Below, piece by piece: positions 58,795 to 64,000 of a stretch of DNA of 64,000 bases. The number at the start of each line of letters is the position of its first letter. Within the stretch, counting starts at the first letter, position 1. The position numbers were made by a program, and so were the translations under genes. Origin of the DNA: an uncultured Croceivirga sp. (GTDB lineage: Bacteria > Bacteroidota > Bacteroidia > Flavobacteriales > Flavobacteriaceae). Below the pieces are notes generated by a model. That model was not told the origin of the DNA. It was given only the letters and a program-made list of their open reading frames with translations, and did not search any database. The stretch covers positions 221 to 64,220 of the forward strand of contig CAZRPJ010000011.1 of NCBI GenBank assembly GCA_964601965.1, read 5' to 3'.

Positions 58795-59427
58795 CTATAT
58801 GTGTGTAAATAATTCCTCTGTAGATTTTCTAACCTTCGCATAGTGCTGGGTGTCATCTTCTGATGCTCTATAACCCACTGCTAATACTACTGCAGCGTTA
58901 AGGTTTTTGTCCGTAAGGCCTAAAATTTCATTGTATTTTTCAGGCTCAAATCCTTCCATGGGGCAGGTGTCAATTTCCAGTTCTGCGGCTGCTTGCATGG
59001 CATTTCCTAAAGCTAGATATACTTGTTTAGTAGTCCATTCACCTTTCACTTCAGCAGGAAATTCTAAAAGTTTCGATTTCATAAAATCGCCATAACCTTT
59101 TAGGGCATCTGCGGGCAAATTTCTTGTAGCGCTAACATTTGATAGGTAATCATCAATTAGACTTTCATCGAAATCTGTTTCATTCGCAAATACAATAATG
59201 TGAGAAGCATCTGTGAGTTGTGATTGCCCCCAACTAGCAGGTTTAAGCTGCTCTTTAATGGCTGAATCTGTGATAACATATATGTGGTATGGTTGCAAAC
59301 CATAGGAAGAAGCGCTTAATCTTGTTGCTTCTAACAGGGTTTCCAGATCTTGTTCTGAAACTTTTTTAGTGGCGTCGAACTTTTTAGTCGCATAACGCCA
59401 ATTTCTAATGTCTAAGGTGTTGTTCAT
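58795..59427 (-). CDS. NAD(P)H-dependent nitroreductase family oxidoreductase
   Basis: WRYATKKFD, SASSYGLQPY, DTCPMEGF, AVGYR. Confidence 0.92.
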   Translation of the reverse strand: MNNTLDIRNWRYATKKFDATKKVSEQDLETLLEATRLSASSYGLQPYHIYVITDSAIKEQLKPASWGQSQLTDASHIIVFANETDFDESLIDDYLSNVSATRNLPADALKGYGDFMKSKLLEFPAEVKGEWTTKQVYLALGNAMQAAAELEIDTCPMEGFEPEKYNEILGLTDKNLNAAVVLAVGYRASEDDTQHYAKVRKSTEELFTHI

Positions 59428-59428
59428 T

Positions 59429-59875
59429 TTAAAATTTATGAAGTAATTGATTTAATTCTTTTAACTCGTCTTGATTGAATTCTTTTAAAAGTTGATTTTC
59501 TGTCTTTTCCATTACCGTGTCTAGTTCACTTAATATGTCTAAACCTTTTGCGGTAATGGTAATTTCAACTTTTCTACGGTTGGTTGGGCATACCATTCTA
59601 TCTACAAAGCCTTTGTTAATTAATTTATCTACAAGTCGAGTGGTATTGCTCATTTTTGTGACCATCCGTTCGTTGATTGTAGAAAGATTTGCAGGATTGC
59701 CTTTTTGGCCTCGAAGAATGCGTAGCACATTAAACTGTTGTTCGGACATATCATACGGCTTCAGAGCTATCCCAAACGCCTCTCTAATTTTATTACTTAC
59801 CAAGGCAAAATGAATCATAGTCCTTTTTGGTAAGGGCAATCTTTTATCCGTTTTAATAATTTCCTCTACATTCAT
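59429..59875 (-). CDS. MarR family transcriptional regulator
   Basis: QFNVLRIL, NTTRLVDKL, NRRKVEITIT. Confidence 0.92.
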   Translation of the reverse strand: MNVEEIIKTDKRLPLPKRTMIHFALVSNKIREAFGIALKPYDMSEQQFNVLRILRGQKGNPANLSTINERMVTKMSNTTRLVDKLINKGFVDRMVCPTNRRKVEITITAKGLDILSELDTVMEKTENQLLKEFNQDELKELNQLLHKF

Positions 59876-59880
59876 GTTAT

Positions 59881-59927
59881 TACAACAATTGTATATACAA
59901 ATGTATATCCATCTTTTGCCAACTCAA
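59881..59927 (-). promoter_or_regulatory. marR promoter (TTG-N19-TACATTTG) with overlapping palindromic operator
   Basis: -7 box at 59898-59905, TTG at 59925-59927, perfect palindrome TTGTATATACAA at 59889-59900. Confidence 0.75.
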
Positions 59928-60011
59928 TCTTTAAGAGCGATAAATTTTTGTTAAAAAAATTAGGCTGGGTTGGGGCATTGGCTACTTTTAAGGTGTCTAA
60001 ATCAATGTAGT

Positions 60012-60560
60012 ATGCGTTCCGGTTGGTTCTTACCTCTCATGCTTTGTCTAATAGTAGCTTGTGCCGATGGTCCTAAATCCGAAAAAGCCCTGGCTAACGC
60101 TTCTAATAAAGAAACTGCTGCAACTGCTGCAAAAAGCGAACTCCCCTTTCCTGTATATAATTATGATGGTTTGGCACCCCTGCTCAATAGGAACGATGAT
60201 AAGACCTATATAGTTAACTTCTGGGCTACCTGGTGCAAGCCATGTTTGGAAGAAATGCCTTATTTTCAAAAGACCTATGAAGAGCAAAAAGCCAACAACG
60301 TAGAATTGATTTTGGTCAGTTTAGATATGCCTTCGATGTGGGAAAAAAGATTGGTGCCCTATGTTGAAGAGAAAGAATTAAAAGGGCAGGTCGTGATTCT
60401 AGACGATCCCAAGATGAACGACTGGATTCCAAAAATCTCAGAAAACTGGGGAGGAGGTATACCTGCAACCCTTATATATAATAAAGACAGTAGGAACTTT
60501 TATGAACAGGGTTTCACCTACGAAGAATTAAACGAAGAGTTGAAAAAATTTATTCCATAA
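60012..60560 (+). CDS. TlpA-family thiol-disulfide oxidoreductase lipoprotein
   Basis: Lipobox IVAC, NFWATWCKPC, IPAT. Likely start MRSGW at 60012. Confidence 0.9.
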   Translation: MRSGWFLPLMLCLIVACADGPKSEKALANASNKETAATAAKSELPFPVYNYDGLAPLLNRNDDKTYIVNFWATWCKPCLEEMPYFQKTYEEQKANNVELILVSLDMPSMWEKRLVPYVEEKELKGQVVILDDPKMNDWIPKISENWGGGIPATLIYNKDSRNFYEQGFTYEELNEELKKFIP

Positions 60561-60562
60561 TT

Positions 60563-61156
60563 ATGAAAAATATACTAGTACTTGCCCTATTCATGATAGG
60601 TCTTATTGAAACGCCTGTGCAGGGCTATAAGGTAGGAGATATTGCCACAGATTTTTCCTTAAAAGATATAAACGGTAAAACGGTTTCTTTAACGGATTAT
60701 GAAGATGCTAAGGGCTTTCTAGTCATCTTCACCTGCAATACATGTCCCTACGCCATAGCCTATGAAGACCGTGTTATTGCACTAAATGATAAATACAGCG
60801 AACAAGGGGTACCTGTAATTGCTATCAACCCTAATAATCCATCATCAAAACCTGGTGATAGTTATGAGGCCATGCAAAAACGCGCCAAAGAAAAAGGTTT
60901 TACGTTTCCTTATTTGGTAGATGAAGGACAAAAGATCTATCCACAATATGGGGCCACCCGCACTCCACACGTCTATCTTTTAGAAAAAACCCCCAAAGGC
61001 AACGTAGTGCGTTACATCGGTGCCATAGATGATAACTATCAAGATGCTTCTCAAGTAGAAGAAAAGTACGTAGAACAAGCCGTAGACGCTATGCTAGCTG
61101 GCGAAACTATAAAAGTCACCACCACACGCGCTATTGGATGTTCAATAAAAGTGTAG
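60563..61156 (+). CDS. Thioredoxin/AhpC-TSA family protein
   Basis: FTCNTCPY, GATRTP, YIGAIDD, AIGCSIK. Confidence 0.9.
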   Translation: MKNILVLALFMIGLIETPVQGYKVGDIATDFSLKDINGKTVSLTDYEDAKGFLVIFTCNTCPYAIAYEDRVIALNDKYSEQGVPVIAINPNNPSSKPGDSYEAMQKRAKEKGFTFPYLVDEGQKIYPQYGATRTPHVYLLEKTPKGNVVRYIGAIDDNYQDASQVEEKYVEQAVDAMLAGETIKVTTTRAIGCSIKV

Positions 61157-61179
61157 CTTTTAGAAAGAAAAAATCATTT

Positions 61180-61215
61180 AATAAGGTCTGAAGTTCAACT
61201 TCGGACCTTATTTTT
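61180..61215 (+). terminator. Intrinsic terminator after the thioredoxin-family gene
   Basis: AATAAGGTCTGAAG-TTCAA-CTTCGGACCTTATT followed by TTT (one G-U pair). Confidence 0.85.
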
Positions 61216-61242
61216 ATCATGCTAAAACTAATTTAAATTACT

Positions 61243-61551
61243 ATGGATTTAAGTCAAGAAGAATGGGCTGCGCAATTAGCAGAAGATGATAATGCGGTAG
61301 TTCTTGATGTACGAACAACAGAAGAACTAGAAGAAGGCTATATTCCTAATGCAATGAATATCGATATTTATCTAGGGCAAGGTTTCTTAGACGAAGTTGA
61401 AAAACTAGACAAATCTAAAAACTACTACGTGTATTGTAGATCTGGAAATCGCAGTGGCCAAGCATGTGCCATTCTAAATAGTATTGGTATAGAAAATGCG
61501 TATAATTTAGAAGGTGGATTTATGAATTGGGACGGTGATATTGTAGAATAA
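61243..61551 (+). CDS. Single-domain rhodanese
   Basis: LDVRT..E..GYIPNA, YCRSGNRS, NLEGG. Confidence 0.92.
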   Translation: MDLSQEEWAAQLAEDDNAVVLDVRTTEELEEGYIPNAMNIDIYLGQGFLDEVEKLDKSKNYYVYCRSGNRSGQACAILNSIGIENAYNLEGGFMNWDGDIVE

Positions 61552-61556
61552 TATCT

Positions 61557-62066
61557 ATGAATCCTGAAACAATTATAAACAGGTTAGAAGCTAATTCGTT
61601 GGTTTTTGCTTCTCTTTTGCAAGGATTACCGCGGGAGATGTATCTCTATAAAATTACGGAAGAATCTTGGTGTCTATTAGAAGTGGCGGCTCACCTACTA
61701 GATGAAGAAGTGGAAGATTTTAGAGCACGAGTACAGCACATACTAACCACCCCTGATTTACCTTTAAAAGCAATAGCCCCTCACAAGTGGCCGGAAGAAC
61801 GTGCGTACCTTCAAAAGGAATATAATAGCACGGTAGCCGCTTTTTTAAAGGAACGAGAGCAATCTATTGCATGGTTACGCTCGTTAAGTAACCCGCCTTG
61901 GCAAAATGCTGTGGATCATCCAGAAGTTGGACCTAGAACGGCGCTAAAATTCTTGGTGAACTGGTTGGCACATGATTACCACCATATACGCCAAATTAAT
62001 CGCATTCATCATGGGTATTTGATGGCCACTACAAAGGACGATTTGACTTACGCAGGAAATTGGTAG
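61557..62066 (+). CDS. DinB/YfiT-like four-helix metalloprotein
   Basis: W.LLEVAAHLLDEE, WLAHDYHH. Confidence 0.85.
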   Translation: MNPETIINRLEANSLVFASLLQGLPREMYLYKITEESWCLLEVAAHLLDEEVEDFRARVQHILTTPDLPLKAIAPHKWPEERAYLQKEYNSTVAAFLKEREQSIAWLRSLSNPPWQNAVDHPEVGPRTALKFLVNWLAHDYHHIRQINRIHHGYLMATTKDDLTYAGNW

Positions 62067-62087
62067 AAAATAGTCTACTTTTATTGA

Positions 62088-63377
62088 ATGCGAGAAGAAT
62101 TGTTGCATTTTATTTGGAAGGCACAAAAATTTTCTAAAACCGATTTAAAAACTACAGATGGTGAACCCATTGAAATACTATCTGTGGGATTTCACAATAC
62201 AGCAAGTGGTCCTGATTTTTTTAATACTCGGTTGCTTATAGCTGGCCAAGAATGGGCTGGGAACCTAGAAATTCATTTAAAATCTTCCCATTGGTATGCT
62301 CATGGACATGAAAAGGATCATGCTTATGACAATGTAATTCTTCATGTAGTTTGGGAAGATGACATTGCGGTTTTTAGAAAAGATGGCACTAAAATTCCTT
62401 CCTTAGAATTAAAGTCCAGAGTATCTGTTTCCTTATTCACCTTTTACGAGCAGCTACTAAAAAATAAGCGGCAACAATTCATTAACTGTGAATCACAACT
62501 ATCTGAGGTGCCAGACATTGTGGTGTTCGCATGGCTAGAGCGATTATATGTCTCACGTTTAGAACGCAAAGCGACCCAAATTGAGATACTCCTAAAAAAG
62601 ACAAAAAACGATTGGGAGGCTGTGCTTTTTATGATGCTCATGAAAAATTTTGGTCTTAATAAGAATGGCACTGCTTTTTTAGAACTTGCAAGTTTTTTAG
62701 ACTTTAAAATGGTTCAAAAGCTGGCGACAAAACCATTACAATTAGAGGCACTCTTTATGGGAACATTGCATTTTTTTCAAAAAGAAGCTTCTACGGATGC
62801 CTATTTCCAAAAATTAGATAAGGCATTTCAAGGGCTACGTCATAAATTTCAGCTTCAGGCATATCATGGTGAACAACCTCAATTTTTTGGTTTGCGTCCT
62901 TCCAATTTCCCTAGCATACGACTATCGCAAATAGCCAGTCTTTATGAAAAACATCCCAAACTGTTTTCCATACTCATGGATTGTAAGACTTTAAAAGATT
63001 TTTACAAGGTTTTAGAAACCCAGGCCAGTGCTTACTGGGATACGCATTACACCTTTGGAAAGGTTTCTCCTAAACGTGTAAAGAGCGTTTCTAAAAGTTT
63101 TATAGAGCTACTTATTAGTAACACTATTATTCCTTTAAAATTTGCATACAATCGTTCTTTGGGGAATTCCGATGTGGAGGGCATTTTAGCCTTATCAAAT
63201 ACATTACCACCGGAAAAGAATAAAATTCTTGAGGGTTTTAATAGCTTAGGACTATCAAGCCATTCTGCTTTAGAAAGCCAAGGGAAGATTGAATTATTCA
63301 AGAATTATTGCGAAAAGAATAAATGTATTCAATGCCAAATAGGCATTCATTTATTGGGAAGAAAAGGCTACTTTTAA
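62088..63377 (+). CDS. DUF2851 family protein
   Basis: GPDF..GNLEIH..HGHEKD..YDNVILHVV, RPSNFP, terminal C..C..C. Confidence 0.85.
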   Translation: MREELLHFIWKAQKFSKTDLKTTDGEPIEILSVGFHNTASGPDFFNTRLLIAGQEWAGNLEIHLKSSHWYAHGHEKDHAYDNVILHVVWEDDIAVFRKDGTKIPSLELKSRVSVSLFTFYEQLLKNKRQQFINCESQLSEVPDIVVFAWLERLYVSRLERKATQIEILLKKTKNDWEAVLFMMLMKNFGLNKNGTAFLELASFLDFKMVQKLATKPLQLEALFMGTLHFFQKEASTDAYFQKLDKAFQGLRHKFQLQAYHGEQPQFFGLRPSNFPSIRLSQIASLYEKHPKLFSILMDCKTLKDFYKVLETQASAYWDTHYTFGKVSPKRVKSVSKSFIELLISNTIIPLKFAYNRSLGNSDVEGILALSNTLPPEKNKILEGFNSLGLSSHSALESQGKIELFKNYCEKNKCIQCQIGIHLLGRKGYF

Positions 63378-63379
63378 GC

Positions 63380-63607
63380 ATGCGTTGGTTCTACGATTTG
63401 CTGTATTATTTTCAGAAAAGAGGGTTTGAAGTTTGCGAACGGATCGCAGAACGTTGGGGAATACGGGCGCGTGTAGTAAGAACCACTTTCATTTACTTAA
63501 CCTTTGTAACCTTAGGCTTTGGATTTGCCTTGTATTTATTTATTGCCTTCTGGCTTAAAATAAAGGATTTGGTATACACGAAAAGGACTTCGGTTTTTGA
63601 TTTATGA
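63380..63607 (+). CDS. PspC-like small membrane protein
   Basis: VCERIAERWGI..VRTTFIY plus a TM segment. Likely start MRWFY at 63380. Confidence 0.8.
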   Translation: MRWFYDLLYYFQKRGFEVCERIAERWGIRARVVRTTFIYLTFVTLGFGFALYLFIAFWLKIKDLVYTKRTSVFDL

Positions 63608-64000
63608 TAAAGTTATTTAGGTCAAAATTGGCGCTTGCACTATCGCTCATGGTGCTTGTTTTCATTATAGGTGTACTAGGGTATAAACTAGTGGCATCCT
63701 ATTCTTGGGTAGAAGCCATATACATGACCATCATAACGGTAACTACCGTGGGCTTTTCCGAAGTGCGTCCCTTAGACCAGAATGCTCAAATTTTCACTAT
63801 TTTTCTTATCGTAAGTAGTGTTTTTATCTTCGGGTTTGCCATTTCTGTGGTTTCCGAATATGTGCTGAGTAGAAATTCATTACAATTATTAAAGAAGAAG
63901 AAGGTGAAAAATACCATTAACAGCTTAAGAAATCATGTGGTGGTTTGTGGGTATGGAAGAAACGGACAACAGGCTGCTCATAAATTAAAGATGTATCACA
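63604..64000 (+). CDS. Potassium channel (2TM + RCK/TrkA-N), truncated by the window end
   Basis: Manual translation MIKLFRSKL..TVTTVGFSEV (K+ filter TVGF)..HVVVCGYGRNG (NAD-binding RCK start). Confidence 0.9.
   Translation, partial: MIKLFRSKLALALSLMVLVFIIGVLGYKLVASYSWVEAIYMTIITVTTVGFSEVRPLDQNAQIFTIFLIVSSVFIFGFAISVVSEYVLSRNSLQLLKKKKVKNTINSLRNHVVVCGYGRNGQQAAHKLKMYH

Noticed and set aside
1317-63301. Numerous 60-170 aa ORFs antisense to or nested in clear genes (e.g. 5644-6030, 16968-17336, 30345-30857)
   Set aside because: Shadow ORFs of well-supported genes, with Ser-rich antisense composition and no motifs.
1-64000. CRISPR arrays, IS/transposases, integrases, prophage genes, tRNA or rRNA genes
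   Set aside because: None recognised by eye; intergenic spaces are short and mostly explained. tRNAscan-SE and Infernal would confirm.

Overview
AT-rich, gene-dense chromosomal segment. Gene families, synteny and TAnnTTTG (-7) promoter boxes point to a marine Flavobacteriaceae (Bacteroidota); this assignment is inferred. Most of the window is core metabolism: lpxK, gap, lipA, murB, valS, rsfS-ftsH-cdsA-psd, birA, pyrE, coaD, ddl, rluD, yaaA, ppc and a complete trpEGDCFBA operon. It also carries two ECF sigma factors, several two-component genes, a GH109/GHMP-kinase/nucleotidyltransferase sugar cluster and a MarR/thiol-redox cluster. I saw no mobile elements, CRISPR arrays, tRNA or rRNA genes. 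The most notable signals are missing from the ORF track. (1) A complete ribosome-dependent trp attenuator with a 17-aa WWW leader peptide that starts 5 nt after the promoter -7 box, so it is probably leaderless. (2) A structured, ORF-free ~105-130 nt segment between an ECF sigma gene and murB, preceded by an ECF-type promoter motif (candidate sigma-controlled sRNA). (3) A 42-aa ribosomal protein bTHX gene. (4) Several genes whose ATG lies 4-6 nt behind a -7 box. All functional calls come from motif recognition by eye; no database searches were run.
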